Source: an uncultured Coprobacillus sp.
GTDB taxonomy: Bacteria; Bacillota_I; Bacilli_A; RFN20; CAG-826
Direction of reading: 5' to 3'
DNA length: 64,000 nucleotides
Assembly (NCBI GenBank): GCA_964583155.1
Contig: CAZOUY010000004.1
Span: forward strand, 35,538 to 99,537
Under the pieces are notes generated by a model that worked only from the letters and a program-made list of their open reading frames with translations, ran no database searches and had not been told where the DNA came from. Below, piece after piece: positions 30,031 to 40,664 of the stretch; position 1 is the stretch's first letter; each line of letters begins with the position of its first letter. The position numbers and the translations under genes are program-made.

Positions 30031-30510
30031 ATGTATAGAATAGGATATGCCAAAGATATTCATGCTTTAAAGGCTCATCGCGCGCTTATTTTAGCCGGCG
30101 TGAAAATTCCTTTTTCCTTAGGACTAGATGGGCATAGCGATGCGGATGTCGTTTTTCATGCGATTACCGAATCCATTTTTGGTGCTTTAGCGGTCGGTGA
30201 TTTAGGAAGCCATTTTCCAACCAACGATGATCGATATTTAAATTGCGATTCATCATATTTTGTTGAGCAAGCCTTTAAAATAATGGATGAAAGAGGTTAT
30301 CAAATCAATAATATCGATGTCATGATTGTCGCCGAAAAGCCAAAATTAGCGCCTTATATTCAACAAATGCGTGAAAATGTTGCGCGTTTGTTACAAACGG
30401 ATCTTCAAAATGTTTCCATTAAGGCGGGCACTAACGAAGGGCAGGATGCTCTTGGCCGCAATGAAGCGATAGAAGCGATTGCCATTGTGATGTTAAAAAG
30501 AAAAGACTAG
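30031..30510 (+). CDS. ispF: 2-C-methyl-D-erythritol 2,4-cyclodiphosphate synthase
   Basis: RIGYAKDIH, GHSDADV..HA, GDLG.HFP, KPKLAPY. Confidence 0.95.
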   Translation: MYRIGYAKDIHALKAHRALILAGVKIPFSLGLDGHSDADVVFHAITESIFGALAVGDLGSHFPTNDDRYLNCDSSYFVEQAFKIMDERGYQINNIDVMIVAEKPKLAPYIQQMRENVARLLQTDLQNVSIKAGTNEGQDALGRNEAIEAIAIVMLKRKD

Positions 30511-30799
30511 GAAGACTCTATTTTTTAGAGGCTTGATGATTATAAATCATTATAAGTACTAATAAAAACGGGAAAATATTGTATTTCACCGTGTTTCCCC
30601 GTTTTTTTATATTTTTTCATATTGCCGCGTAAGTAGATTTTTTAAATTTGATAACTATTTTAGCACCATAATTAAGACAATATACATAAGCATAGGAAAG
30701 TGGTGCCTTTGCTATAAAAATGATTCATTTCTATCGACGATAATAAGAGATATTTTGCTTGATGGGAATATCTCATACCCTTATGCAAATTTGCATTTA

Positions 30800-31381
30800 C
30801 TATCTATGTTCTTCTCCATTAAAGAAGTAGCCTAGATTGATTCTTACTTCTCGTCTTTTAATATCATTGTTTGTATAACAACATGTGTCAAAACCAATCA
30901 ATTCAAAGCCTTCGTGAAGATAAAAACCTATTGCGTTCGTATTACATGATTGTGTTTCCAAAATTATGGCCCGCTTTTTTTGGCATATGGCGATCTCTTT
31001 GGCTTTATCTATCAGCCTTTTTCCGATACCTTTATTGCGGATTTCATCGGATACCCATAATTCCGTTATCATAAGTCGGTTTGACCATTCTTCAGGGCAG
31101 ACCTCTATGCAGGCTAGCAAGTCCCCACCATCACTTACCACACCATAGGCTTCCGCCTTCTCCCAATGCTCCTGATATAGGGAATCAGGAAAATCATATT
31201 CCTCTGGAGTATGAACTATTTCCTTTTCTGCCATCTTTCTAGTCAATGAAATCTTGCACCCGTTATAATCAAGGGGGTCAATTATCAAATCATAGAAACT
31301 ATCGTTTTTAGTTACTAATGGTATGGCTACACCTTTCCAGGTTTCCTTAGGTAATTCTATTATTTCAAAATTGCTATCCAT
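30800..31381 (-). CDS. GNAT family N-acetyltransferase
   Basis: LWVSDEIRNKGIGKRL motif A, LETQSCN.NAIGFY..EGF motif B. Confidence 0.9.
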   Translation of the reverse strand: MDSNFEIIELPKETWKGVAIPLVTKNDSFYDLIIDPLDYNGCKISLTRKMAEKEIVHTPEEYDFPDSLYQEHWEKAEAYGVVSDGGDLLACIEVCPEEWSNRLMITELWVSDEIRNKGIGKRLIDKAKEIAICQKKRAIILETQSCNTNAIGFYLHEGFELIGFDTCCYTNNDIKRREVRINLGYFFNGEEHR

Positions 31382-31757
31382 CAGGCTACCTCCAAATTAT
31401 GATTTATCCGTTTGTATGTCAAATATCATAGCATTCATTCATGAATTTTTCAATTATAGTACTATCCTATATAAAATAGCCAAATCGTTTATACTCGTAA
31501 CGGTTAAGAAGAGCAGGCTATAACTGCCATTGATAAGTACGGAGATCACTACTTATATTGCGGACAAGATTGTATAAGCAACGAATTATTCTGCGATCGA
31601 ATATTATAATATTTTTCATCTGTTTATAGCAATTTTATATCATTATGGGAAATCTAGGAAAGCATAAAGAATATTGTAATTTCAAATTCCTTAATAGGTG
31701 CAAAAGATGGTACTTACCATGATTTTCAAGATGTAATGATTTTAAGCAAATCAAATA

Positions 31758-33617
31758 CTACTTTTTATAATATGTAAATGATTTTACACCCGTGGCAGAT
31801 TGGTAAAAAAATGGCGTAAATTCAGTATTAGGATAGAATATATCTTTATGACGTTCCATCAAGGAATTGGCTAAATCTTGGAAGATGGTTTTGGCTATTG
31901 TGCCATCAGTGAATGGCTCATTTTCATCGTGTCCCATCCAAACACAAATGGTGTATTGAGGGTTATATCCGACTACCCAACGATCAGTATCGGTGGTTCC
32001 GGTTTTGGCGCTAAAACGATATTTGGGAGCAAATCCCAACAAGGAAGGCGTCGCATAGCTTTTAAAGGCCGGGTCAAATGGTGAGCGTAGCATATAATTT
32101 AATTGCAAGACACTCTTCCGAGATAATGTAAAAAGCAATTGAGGTGCTTTTTGATAGATAATATTGCTATTCTGCATCGTTACTTTTCGGAAGAATCTAG
32201 GAGCATAATATGCTCCTTCACTGGCGAGTGTGTTGTAAATGCTCGCTAATTGGAGGGGAGTCATCGAATTGGTGCCTAATCCGATCGTCGGATTAGCTTG
32301 TACATCCGCGATTCCAAATAGATTCAATAGTGTTTGTAGCTTTTGTGACCCCAGTAAAAGGGTTGTTTTAGTCGCATATATATTGTCGCTCAAAGCGATC
32401 GCTTCTAGCATAGTTATTTCCTTGTTGGCATAAAGATTGCCGGCATTTTGCGGAGAATATTCCCCCACACCATTGATATAAAATGTCGTTGGCTCGCTTT
32501 TCATTTTGGTCAAAGGGGTCATTCCACTTTCAAGTCCTAAATAGTAGAGAAGGGGTTTGATCGTTGAGCCGGTCTGACGAAAGGCGTTAGTCGCCCGATT
32601 AAAAGAGCTTATTCCATAATCTTTCCCACCGATTAACGCTATTACATCTCCTGAGTATGGTTTCATAACGATAACGCTTATTTCTGAGGAAAAATGATAT
32701 TTCTGAACTGTTTTTTCAACAATATTTTGAACTTCTTCATCCAGGCAAGAATAGATGCTATAACCTATTTTTTGAAAAGAATTAGTAAGAAAACCGCTAT
32801 TTTCCAGTTGTTTAATCATAGCATCATAGTAGTAAAGAATTTGTTGAGAATAAGTATTGGCAAAATAAAAGTAGTAGGTTAGTTCTTGATTGGTAGCCGT
32901 TAAGTATTCACTTTCGGTTATCATTTTTTGATTCACCATTTGTCGTAGAACCAGTTGCTTTTGTTTATTGGCGGCGTTAATATCCACTTCCGGTGAATAA
33001 TAGTTCGGAGCCTTAATAATTCCTATCAGCATCGCGGCTTCCGGAAGCGATATATCGCGTGGATGTTTATGAAAGTAGTAATTACTTGCGGCATGAATTC
33101 CGTAGATATTTTGTCCAAAATAAGCACAATTTAAGTAGCCTTCTAGTATCTGCTCTTTATCGAAGGTCATTTCCAATTTTTTAGCGATCCAAGCCTCCTT
33201 TAATTTGCGCGCTAATGATTTCTCATTATTGAGATAAAGAGTTCGGGCATATTGTTGAGTGATCGTCGATCCACCTTGGGTGATTTCACCCTTGAATAAA
33301 TTAGTGATGGCGCTTTTGATTATTCGTTGATAATCAAGACCATGGTGCTTATAAAAGCGCTTGTCCTCCGATGCTACCAAGGCATCAACTAAATAAGGAC
33401 ATATATCATCCATTTCGACATAAGATGCATATTCATTGAAATGTCGGGTAAATAATAGCTTGTCTTGTTGGTTATAAACAATGGTTTCGTGAGGATGGAA
33501 AGGATAAAACGAGGGACCAATAAAGATAACAAAATTGATGAGGATTGCGATAATAAAAAGAAGGGCGGTTCCTAAAAGACCAAAGCGCCATAGAATTTTA
33601 AGCTTTTTGTGTTTCAT
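31758..33617 (-). CDS. Class A penicillin-binding protein (PbpG/YwhE-like position)
   Basis: SEDKRFYKHHG, QGGSTITQQ, RKLKE, QTGSTIK, SDN, KTGT; divergent from ywiB-argS, near which pbpG lies in B. subtilis. Confidence 0.85.
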   Translation of the reverse strand: MKHKKLKILWRFGLLGTALLFIIAILINFVIFIGPSFYPFHPHETIVYNQQDKLLFTRHFNEYASYVEMDDICPYLVDALVASEDKRFYKHHGLDYQRIIKSAITNLFKGEITQGGSTITQQYARTLYLNNEKSLARKLKEAWIAKKLEMTFDKEQILEGYLNCAYFGQNIYGIHAASNYYFHKHPRDISLPEAAMLIGIIKAPNYYSPEVDINAANKQKQLVLRQMVNQKMITESEYLTATNQELTYYFYFANTYSQQILYYYDAMIKQLENSGFLTNSFQKIGYSIYSCLDEEVQNIVEKTVQKYHFSSEISVIVMKPYSGDVIALIGGKDYGISSFNRATNAFRQTGSTIKPLLYYLGLESGMTPLTKMKSEPTTFYINGVGEYSPQNAGNLYANKEITMLEAIALSDNIYATKTTLLLGSQKLQTLLNLFGIADVQANPTIGLGTNSMTPLQLASIYNTLASEGAYYAPRFFRKVTMQNSNIIYQKAPQLLFTLSRKSVLQLNYMLRSPFDPAFKSYATPSLLGFAPKYRFSAKTGTTDTDRWVVGYNPQYTICVWMGHDENEPFTDGTIAKTIFQDLANSLMERHKDIFYPNTEFTPFFYQSATGVKSFTYYKK

Positions 33618-33636
33618 AATGTTTCCTCCTTATTGA

Positions 33637-33665
33637 TATTGTGGGATAAATTCTTGGCGATATAC
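33637..33665 (-). promoter_or_regulatory. Possible forespore (sigF/sigG-type) promoter for the PBP
   Basis: Minus strand GTATA-N17-CACAATA, one mismatch to the GHATR-N17/18-CATWHTA consensus. Confidence 0.25.
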
Positions 33666-33721
33666 ATTAATATTTCTTTTCTTTATACTTTAATTAAAGT
33701 ATAATATTGACGGTGAAATTC

Positions 33722-34108
33722 ATGGAAAAGAAAAGCGTACGACTGACACGAAAGCAAATTATTGATTCGGATATTACTACGGAAACGCAAATAATGGAAG
33801 CGTATGAGTTGAGTGATAATCTGAAGGTGTTTGAGTATGAGCTTGATCAGAAAAAGGTGACATTATCGATCTTGATGGAGGATGATAGTGTTATGGTGAA
33901 GATCTTGCATGATGATTACCGCGCTATAATTCCTTTGCAAATGAAAAAAATGACCGATGGAAGCTATGTCTTGAATGATAAAATTTTTCAATTTCAATTC
34001 TTTTTACACAAAATTGTTTGCAAAGGGGTTGAAATTTATATGGAATATGATATATTTTCAAAGCAAAGTGTTATTTCCAATAACACATGGAAAATCGAGG
34101 TGATTTAA
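33722..34108 (+). CDS. DUF1934 (YwiB-like) protein
   Basis: Beta-rich 128 aa directly upstream of argS, the ywiB position; sequence similarity judged weak by eye. Confidence 0.5.
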   Translation: MEKKSVRLTRKQIIDSDITTETQIMEAYELSDNLKVFEYELDQKKVTLSILMEDDSVMVKILHDDYRAIIPLQMKKMTDGSYVLNDKIFQFQFFLHKIVCKGVEIYMEYDIFSKQSVISNNTWKIEVI

Positions 34109-35734
34109 ATGTCAGTCGAAATGGAACTTAAAAAATGCATTCAAAAGGCTTTAAATCAATTAGGAATAATCTTACCATTTGAGCAAATTATTATTGAGCG
34201 CTCGAAGGAAAAAATTCATGGTGATTACGCTACTAATATTGCGATGCAAATGGCTCGAACACTGCGTCAGAATCCTTTATCAATTGCTGAGCAAATCGTT
34301 TCTCAAATAGATCAAAGCCTTTTTGAAAAGATTGAAGTTGTTCGACCGGGCTTTATTAATTTTTTCATGAAAGCAGAATCCCTTAGTGATGTCGTCAACA
34401 TCATTTTGCAGGATGGTGAGCATTATGGCGATTCCGATTATGGTAAGCATGAAAAAATCAATGTTGAATTTGTGTCGGCCAATCCGACGGGCGACCTGCA
34501 TTTAGGTCACGCTCGCGGAGCGGCTATCGGCGATACAATCTGCCGCTTATACCAAAAGGTTGGCTATGATGTGACAAGAGAATACTATGTTAATGATGCG
34601 GGAAATCAGATCACCGTTTTAGGTAAATCAATTCGGGCTCGTTATCATCAATTGTTTGGTGATATGATCGATGTTCCCGATGATGGATATCATGGCGAGG
34701 ATCTCATTGAAATTGCCGCCGCTATGAAGGAAGAAGTTCAAGATCGTTACTTAGTGGATTCTTTGGAATCCGAAAACTATTTTAAAAGACGCGGGGCTGA
34801 ATTGGAGCTTCAAAAGCTCGACCGGGATTTAAAGAATTTCCGTGTCACCTTTGATCGCTATTCCTATGAAACCAGTATTCGCGAAGCCGGCGGGGCGGAA
34901 AGAGTTTTAGAAGCCACGAAGGATAAATGCTATCTTGAAGATGGAGCGCTATTCTTAAAAACAACGGATTATGGCGATGATAAGGACCGCGTTTTGGTTA
35001 AAAGCGATGGAAGCTATACTTATCTTCTTCCGGATATTGCTTATCACCTCGATAAGTTATCGCGAGGATATCATAAATTGATCGATGTTCTTGGTGCCGA
35101 TCATCATGGCTATATTAATCGCATGAAGGCGGCTTTAATGATGTTTGGTTACGATCGTGAGGTTTTGGATATTGAGTTAATTCAAATGGTTCGGCTTTTT
35201 AAAAATGGGGCTGAATATAAGATGTCTAAGAGGACAGGAAATGCTATTTCCATGCGTGAGTTATGTGATGAGGTCGGCATCGATGCCGTTCGTTATTTCT
35301 TCATCAGTCGAGCCGCCAGCGCCCATTTGGACTTTGATTTAGATCTCGCACTTGAAAAATCAAGTGCTAATCCTGTCTATTATGCCCAATATGCCTATGC
35401 GCGGTTACGAAAAGTTTTAAATTTGGCACGTGATATTGAAATTAAGCTCAATGGTAAATGCTTAACTCACGTTAAAGAAATGGATTTGATGAAGCATTTA
35501 AGTGATTACCCAAAAGAGGTTTTAGATGCTGCGATTACACGGTCACCATATAAAATGACCAATTATATTCAAAGATTAGCGGTGTTAATTCATGGCTTTT
35601 ACACAGAATGTCGTTTAATTGATTATAATAACTTAGAGATTACGTCTTCACGGTTAGCGCTTGCTAAAGCGGCGATGATTGTAATGCATAATGCTTTATC
35701 ATTAATAGGTGTTGAGGCGCCTGAAGAAATGTAA
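34109..35734 (+). CDS. argS: Arginine--tRNA ligase
   Basis: HGDYATN, EFVSANPTGDLHLGH (HIGH), GADHHGY, MSKRTG, NPVYYAQYA. Confidence 0.98.
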   Translation: MSVEMELKKCIQKALNQLGIILPFEQIIIERSKEKIHGDYATNIAMQMARTLRQNPLSIAEQIVSQIDQSLFEKIEVVRPGFINFFMKAESLSDVVNIILQDGEHYGDSDYGKHEKINVEFVSANPTGDLHLGHARGAAIGDTICRLYQKVGYDVTREYYVNDAGNQITVLGKSIRARYHQLFGDMIDVPDDGYHGEDLIEIAAAMKEEVQDRYLVDSLESENYFKRRGAELELQKLDRDLKNFRVTFDRYSYETSIREAGGAERVLEATKDKCYLEDGALFLKTTDYGDDKDRVLVKSDGSYTYLLPDIAYHLDKLSRGYHKLIDVLGADHHGYINRMKAALMMFGYDREVLDIELIQMVRLFKNGAEYKMSKRTGNAISMRELCDEVGIDAVRYFFISRAASAHLDFDLDLALEKSSANPVYYAQYAYARLRKVLNLARDIEIKLNGKCLTHVKEMDLMKHLSDYPKEVLDAAITRSPYKMTNYIQRLAVLIHGFYTECRLIDYNNLEITSSRLALAKAAMIVMHNALSLIGVEAPEEM

Positions 35735-35750
35735 TGGAGGAAATGGAATT

Positions 35751-36161
35751 ATGACAAAATCAAATTTAGATGTCGCCTATGATTTAATCAGCTCGAAAAG
35801 TGAGGCGGTCAGTTTTAAAGATATTTGGGAAGAGGTTGTTCGCGTTCAAGGATATGACCAAGAATTGGCAAGACGTTTAATGGGCCAATTCTATACCAAT
35901 TTATCTTTGGATGGTCGTTTCGTGACCTTGGGAGAGAATACCTGGGATCTTCGTTCTCGCCATACTTTTGATAAAGTTCACATCGATATGAATGATGTTT
36001 ATTCCGATGTTGAAACGGTATCGGATGAAGAGGCTGATGAAGAAGAGGTTGAATACAATAAGATTCTTGATGACACCGACACGGATGTTGATGAAGAACT
36101 TAATGATGAAGATGAAGATGATGACATTCAGGATGCAAATTCGGAAGAATCCGAATATTAA
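35751..36161 (+). CDS. rpoE: RNA polymerase delta subunit
   Basis: [21 protein letters not shown] plus acidic tail. Confidence 0.93.
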   Translation: MTKSNLDVAYDLISSKSEAVSFKDIWEEVVRVQGYDQELARRLMGQFYTNLSLDGRFVTLGENTWDLRSRHTFDKVHIDMNDVYSDVETVSDEEADEEEVEYNKILDDTDTDVDEELNDEDEDDDIQDANSEESEY

Positions 36162-36181
36162 ATAAAAAAGGAGAGAAAAAT

Positions 36182-37039
36182 ATGGCATTAGTTAGTATGA
36201 AAGAGATGCTTGAAAAAGCACGTGCAGGCAAATACGCTGTTGGCCAATTTAACATTAACAATGTTGAATGGACTTCCGCTATTCTTGATGAGTGTGAGGC
36301 TCTGAGAGCTCCTGTCATTTTAGGTTGTACTAGTGGAGCTGCAAAGTACATGGGAGGATGGAATACGGTTGTAGGCATCGTGAAGGGTCTTATGATGGAT
36401 CATAAAATTACCGTTCCGGTTGCCCTCCATTTGGATCATGGCGACTCAGTAGCAACTTGTAAGGCGGCGATCGATGCTGGCTTTACATCTGTGATGATCG
36501 ATGCTTCGCATTTTGAATTGGAGGAAAACATTCGACAAACCAAAGAGGTTGTTGAATACGCTCATGCTCGCGGAATATCCGTTGAGGCGGAGTTAGGTCG
36601 TGTCGGCGGACAAGAAGACCATGTGGTCGCCGAAACGATGTATGCGATTCCCGAAGAATGTGTACGCTTGGTAAAAGAAACAGAGCTTGATTGCTTAGCT
36701 CCCGCTCTTGGATCAGTACATGGCCCATACCATGGCGAACCTAAATTGGGATTTGATGAAATGCAAAAGATCGCTGATTTAGTGAAGCTTCCTTTAGTGC
36801 TTCATGGCGGCTCAGGAATTCCTGATTTCCAAATTCGCATGGCCATTGAACGTGGAACTTGCAAAATAAATGTCAATACTGAATCACAACAAGCATGGAC
36901 CAAAATTGTTCGTCAAGTGATTGCTACCGATAGCAAAGTGTATGATCCACGTAAGATTATCGGCCCTGGTAAAGAAGGAATCCGTCAAGTGGTGCGCGCC
37001 AAATGTGAAGTTTTTGGATGCGTTGGCAAAGCCGATTAA
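36182..37039 (+). CDS. fba: Class II fructose-1,6-bisphosphate aldolase
   Basis: [40 protein letters not shown]. Confidence 0.97.
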   Translation: MALVSMKEMLEKARAGKYAVGQFNINNVEWTSAILDECEALRAPVILGCTSGAAKYMGGWNTVVGIVKGLMMDHKITVPVALHLDHGDSVATCKAAIDAGFTSVMIDASHFELEENIRQTKEVVEYAHARGISVEAELGRVGGQEDHVVAETMYAIPEECVRLVKETELDCLAPALGSVHGPYHGEPKLGFDEMQKIADLVKLPLVLHGGSGIPDFQIRMAIERGTCKINVNTESQQAWTKIVRQVIATDSKVYDPRKIIGPGKEGIRQVVRAKCEVFGCVGKAD

Positions 37040-37052
37040 TTTAAACAAAGAC

Positions 37053-37083
37053 AAGCTTTCGATATTATTCGAAAGCTTTTTTT
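37053..37083 (+). terminator. Terminator after fba
   Basis: AAGCTTTCGA-tattat-TCGAAAGCTT plus T run. Confidence 0.75.
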
Positions 37084-37129
37084 GTAGGTTGTATCCGTTT
37101 TATGATATAATGACAAAAAAGGGGTATTT

Positions 37130-38086
37130 ATGATCGATTTGTCAACATTTGTTAAAAAAATAGAAGGTTATGATTCGATTGTTATTTTTGGACACGTGAA
37201 TCCCGATGGCGATTGCTATGGATCACAAATCGGACTAAAAGAAGCAATCAAAATGAATTATCCTGATAAAAAAGTCTATGCTATTGGAAGCGGCTTTCAG
37301 AAGATGATTCCGTATTTATGTCCTATGGATGAAATCGATGAGGAAACAATAAAGCAAAGCCTTGCTATAGCCGTCGATTTTGCACAATTAGGACGAGCAG
37401 AGGATAGTCGGATATCCTTAGCTAAGGATCAAATTGTAATTGATCACCATGTTCTGATCGATACTTTTGGATCATGGCAATGGATTGATGATGGACGGAT
37501 AGCAGCCTGTGAGATGCTTACCGAATTAATTAAAGTATTGAATTGGAAAATTTCCAAGCTTGGTGCCAATGCGCTTTTTTTAGGACTGACCACGGATTCC
37601 GGTAGATTTCAGTATCAGCCAACTACGGCTTCAACCTTTCATTTGGCTGCGTTTCTTTTAGAAAATGGCGCTGATCCGAACTATTTATACTTACCGCTTT
37701 ATGAAATTAATGAAAGCAGTCTGCATTTTCGAGGCTATATTTATTCGCACTATCAGAAAACCAAGAGTGGTGTAATCTATAAAATATTTACGGAAAAAGA
37801 ATTGGAAAAGTTTGGGTTAACACCACAACAAGCGGTCAGTAGCGTTAACCTGCTTGGAAATATTAAAGGATTCCCTATTTGGCTTTGTGCCGCTGGTAAT
37901 GAAGAAATAATCCGCGTGGAAATCCGCAGCTCATGCTTTAATGTTCAGACAGTTTGTGCTAATCATGGTGGCGGTGGCCATCCTTTGGCAGCGGGCTGTC
38001 GAGCCACTGATTTAGAAGAAGTAAAAGCGATTATTGATGAATTAAATGATTTAATTAAAAAAGGAGAAAAGGTCGATGGAAAATAA
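37130..38086 (+). CDS. nrnA: DHH family nano-RNase / pAp phosphatase
   Basis: GHVNPDGDCYGS, IDHH, TDSGRF, GGGGHPLAAG. Confidence 0.9.
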   Translation: MIDLSTFVKKIEGYDSIVIFGHVNPDGDCYGSQIGLKEAIKMNYPDKKVYAIGSGFQKMIPYLCPMDEIDEETIKQSLAIAVDFAQLGRAEDSRISLAKDQIVIDHHVLIDTFGSWQWIDDGRIAACEMLTELIKVLNWKISKLGANALFLGLTTDSGRFQYQPTTASTFHLAAFLLENGADPNYLYLPLYEINESSLHFRGYIYSHYQKTKSGVIYKIFTEKELEKFGLTPQQAVSSVNLLGNIKGFPIWLCAAGNEEIIRVEIRSSCFNVQTVCANHGGGGHPLAAGCRATDLEEVKAIIDELNDLIKKGEKVDGK

Positions 38087-38867
38087 TTGGGAAAAGGAAC
38101 TTGAAATTGCGCTCTTAGCCTTGAAAGAAGCCCGCGATGCCATTTTAAAAATATATCATGGCCATTTTGATGTTGTTATGAAGAGCGATCATTCTCCCGT
38201 AACACTGGCAGATCAAAATGCGGATCGCATTATTCGGGAAATTATCCATCATCATTTTCCGCATCATGCCTTTTTGACAGAAGAATCGGAGGATGATTTA
38301 AACAGACTGAATAACGATTATTGTTGGATCGTGGACCCGGTTGATGGAACGAAAGATTTTGTCAATCGCGATGATGAATTCACCACTAATATTGCTTTAG
38401 CATATAAGCACCAGCTGGTATTAGGAGTAGTGGGAATTCCGGTAAGCGGAGAAATATATTACGCTGTTAAAGGTCAAGGCGCGTATTATATCTCGGAAAA
38501 AGGCGAAAAAGAAAGAATCCATGTTAATGACAAAACTTCGGAATTAACGATGTTAACCTCACGATTTCATGTCTCAAAGGAAGAAGAGGAGTATTTTAAT
38601 CTTCATCGCGATCTTATTACATCGCGCGAAGCCTATGGGAGCGCCATTAAAGCATGTCGCATCGCACGGGGCTTAGCAGAATTGCAATGTAAATTCGGCC
38701 CGGGAACTAAGGAATGGGATACGGCCGCTAGCCAGATTATTGTGGAAGAGGCGGGCGGTGCCTTTATTACTCCCAAGGGGGAAATAATGCAATACAATCG
38801 TGTGGATGTTTATAATCATGATGGCTTTGTGGCGGTTAATCGTTTGGAAAACTACATTAAGCCATAA
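38076..38867 (+). CDS. cysQ: 3'(2'),5'-bisphosphate nucleotidase, CysQ/IMPase family
   Basis: SPVTLAD, TEES, WIVDPVDGTKDF, TKEWDTAA.QIIVEEAGG. Confidence 0.8.
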   Translation: MENNWEKELEIALLALKEARDAILKIYHGHFDVVMKSDHSPVTLADQNADRIIREIIHHHFPHHAFLTEESEDDLNRLNNDYCWIVDPVDGTKDFVNRDDEFTTNIALAYKHQLVLGVVGIPVSGEIYYAVKGQGAYYISEKGEKERIHVNDKTSELTMLTSRFHVSKEEEEYFNLHRDLITSREAYGSAIKACRIARGLAELQCKFGPGTKEWDTAASQIIVEEAGGAFITPKGEIMQYNRVDVYNHDGFVAVNRLENYIKP

Positions 38868-38971
38868 GTGAAAAGGTGTTATTATATTGCTCGATTAAAT
38901 GGCATTTATGCCATTTTTTTCTTCTTTCTTAAGGAACTAAGACATAAGATATGTTAAGGGGAGGAAAAAAC

Positions 38972-39874
38972 ATGCGCGCCTTTTTATTTGATCAATACGG
39001 GTACTATCCCCCAAATGAAGATGATGTTGAATTTGATTTAGATGGATGGCATTTTCGTCTTGAAGAACTGCGCGATCAAAACGAGGATGAATTAGCCAAT
39101 CTAAACGCCTTTTCACAGGAAGTCGTGCGAATGTTTCCTTCTTTTGGAGTGCAAATAATAGCTAATCGGAACGGCCAACTCATCAGTCAAGATGATTATG
39201 GAAAAGTCGCATTAGTGGCGACCACCAAGGGAAAGGTTGGTCTAAACGAAATCATGCAAATACATCAGCAGTTTATGAATTCTCCTTCAGCGACTCCTTA
39301 TACTATCCGTCATCTAATCGATCTTTGGGAAGAAAAGGTGACCATCATTGAAGAGAAGGCCCTTCCTTCCATCAAGGTTGATGATTTTGCTTATCAAAAA
39401 ATCATGGTTGCTGCCATCCATGCTTTGGGATTGGCGGAAAATGCGATCCAATATTTAGCGGAAATTGAAATGGATTATGGGGGAGAAATAACGCCTTTAA
39501 CACTTTCACATCGTCGCTTGGATTCGCTTGATACGATGTGTGTTTTTGATCCTCTTAATTTTTTATTGGATTCTCCGGTGCGTGATTGGTCTGAATTATG
39601 GAAAGCACGATTAATATCTAGTGACGATATGATTAGAATTCTGCCAAGTTATTCTTTAAATGTTAAAGATGCGAGCTTATTGTTGGCCCGCATCATTTAT
39701 CCGACCCGACTATTTGATTTATTGGAAAAGCATTATAGCGAAAGAGTGGATGTCCGCAGCCAAATATTGGCCTATTATCGAATGATGAAAACGCAGATGC
39801 AAGAATTGAAAAAAATGGAAAAGTATTTGGTCAGTTTCTATGGAGTGAGGCCGATTTCTTGGCTTGATTCATAA
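38972..39874 (+). CDS. yutH: Spore coat kinase-like protein, YutH/CotS family
   Basis: LWEEKV, GLAENAIQY, SHRR, DSPVRD.SE segments; convergent with a NifU-C gene as yutH/yutI in B. subtilis; CATAAGAT -10-like box at 38943. Confidence 0.7.
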   Translation: MRAFLFDQYGYYPPNEDDVEFDLDGWHFRLEELRDQNEDELANLNAFSQEVVRMFPSFGVQIIANRNGQLISQDDYGKVALVATTKGKVGLNEIMQIHQQFMNSPSATPYTIRHLIDLWEEKVTIIEEKALPSIKVDDFAYQKIMVAAIHALGLAENAIQYLAEIEMDYGGEITPLTLSHRRLDSLDTMCVFDPLNFLLDSPVRDWSELWKARLISSDDMIRILPSYSLNVKDASLLLARIIYPTRLFDLLEKHYSERVDVRSQILAYYRMMKTQMQELKKMEKYLVSFYGVRPISWLDS

Positions 39875-39896
39875 AAAAACTAAGGGCTTCCGCTCC

Positions 39897-40148
39897 TTAG
39901 TTTTGATTCTTTTGACTTGTTAGCTTAACCCCTAAAATCCCGGGGACCTCTTCCATTAATATGACCTCAATACCCTCGGAAATGGTGTTGTCAATCAGCA
40001 TGCAATCAGCACAAGCGCCATGCATCGTAATATAGACGATTCCATCTTCAAATGAGTCAAATTGGACATCCCCTCCATCTCTTTTGATGAATGGGCGGAT
40101 TTTATCTAAAACAATTTGGATTTGTTCTTCAGTCGTTAGTTCAATCAT
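39897..40148 (-). CDS. NifU C-terminal / Nfu Fe-S scaffold (YutI-like)
   Basis: LDKIRPFIKRDGGDV, GAC.DC. Confidence 0.92.
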   Translation of the reverse strand: MIELTTEEQIQIVLDKIRPFIKRDGGDVQFDSFEDGIVYITMHGACADCMLIDNTISEGIEVILMEEVPGILGVKLTSQKNQN

Positions 40149-40284
40149 CTTTTGTCAAACTCCTTACGTCGTTTATATATTATACCACAACTTTCAATAA
40201 ATAAAATAAATGTGATAAGTCAGTTCATCATATGCAAAACAATAATCAGTTCCAGCTATCGCAATGATAAAAAGCGAAAGGCTT

Positions 40285-40656
40285 TTAAAATGGAAACAAT
40301 CCCCAAATTAATCGGATAACATAGCATCCAATAAAAAGCGATATGATAATAATCCAAATCAAATTTTTACGATACAGAAAGCTAAGGCTCTTTAGATGTC
40401 TTAAAAAGAAGAGGATGACACTGATCGGAACAAGAAGAAAGAGTGGGTGATAAGAAAAGGCACTCTTCAAATCTCCTTGAAAGAGACTGATAAAAGCTCT
40501 AGATAGGCCACATCCAGGACACGGAATAGCGGTCCAGTGATAGAATAAGCAGTTCTCAAAAGAAAAAACTCTTAGTAGAAATAAAGATAAGATAATTAAA
40601 AAGACCCACCAGTATTTTTTAAGATCTTGGATTATTAAAGAAAGGTAATTTCTCAT
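40285..40656 (-). CDS. DUF2752 family membrane protein
   Basis: C.F...T.IPCPGCG.SRA...L..GD...A..YHPL. Confidence 0.9.
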   Translation of the reverse strand: MRNYLSLIIQDLKKYWWVFLIILSLFLLRVFSFENCLFYHWTAIPCPGCGLSRAFISLFQGDLKSAFSYHPLFLLVPISVILFFLRHLKSLSFLYRKNLIWIIIISLFIGCYVIRLIWGLFPF

Positions 40657-40664
40657 ATAAGAAA

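Noticed and set aside
33640-34109. T-box leader for argS
   Set aside because: argS abuts the upstream gene, and there is no T-box GGTGGNACCGCG motif
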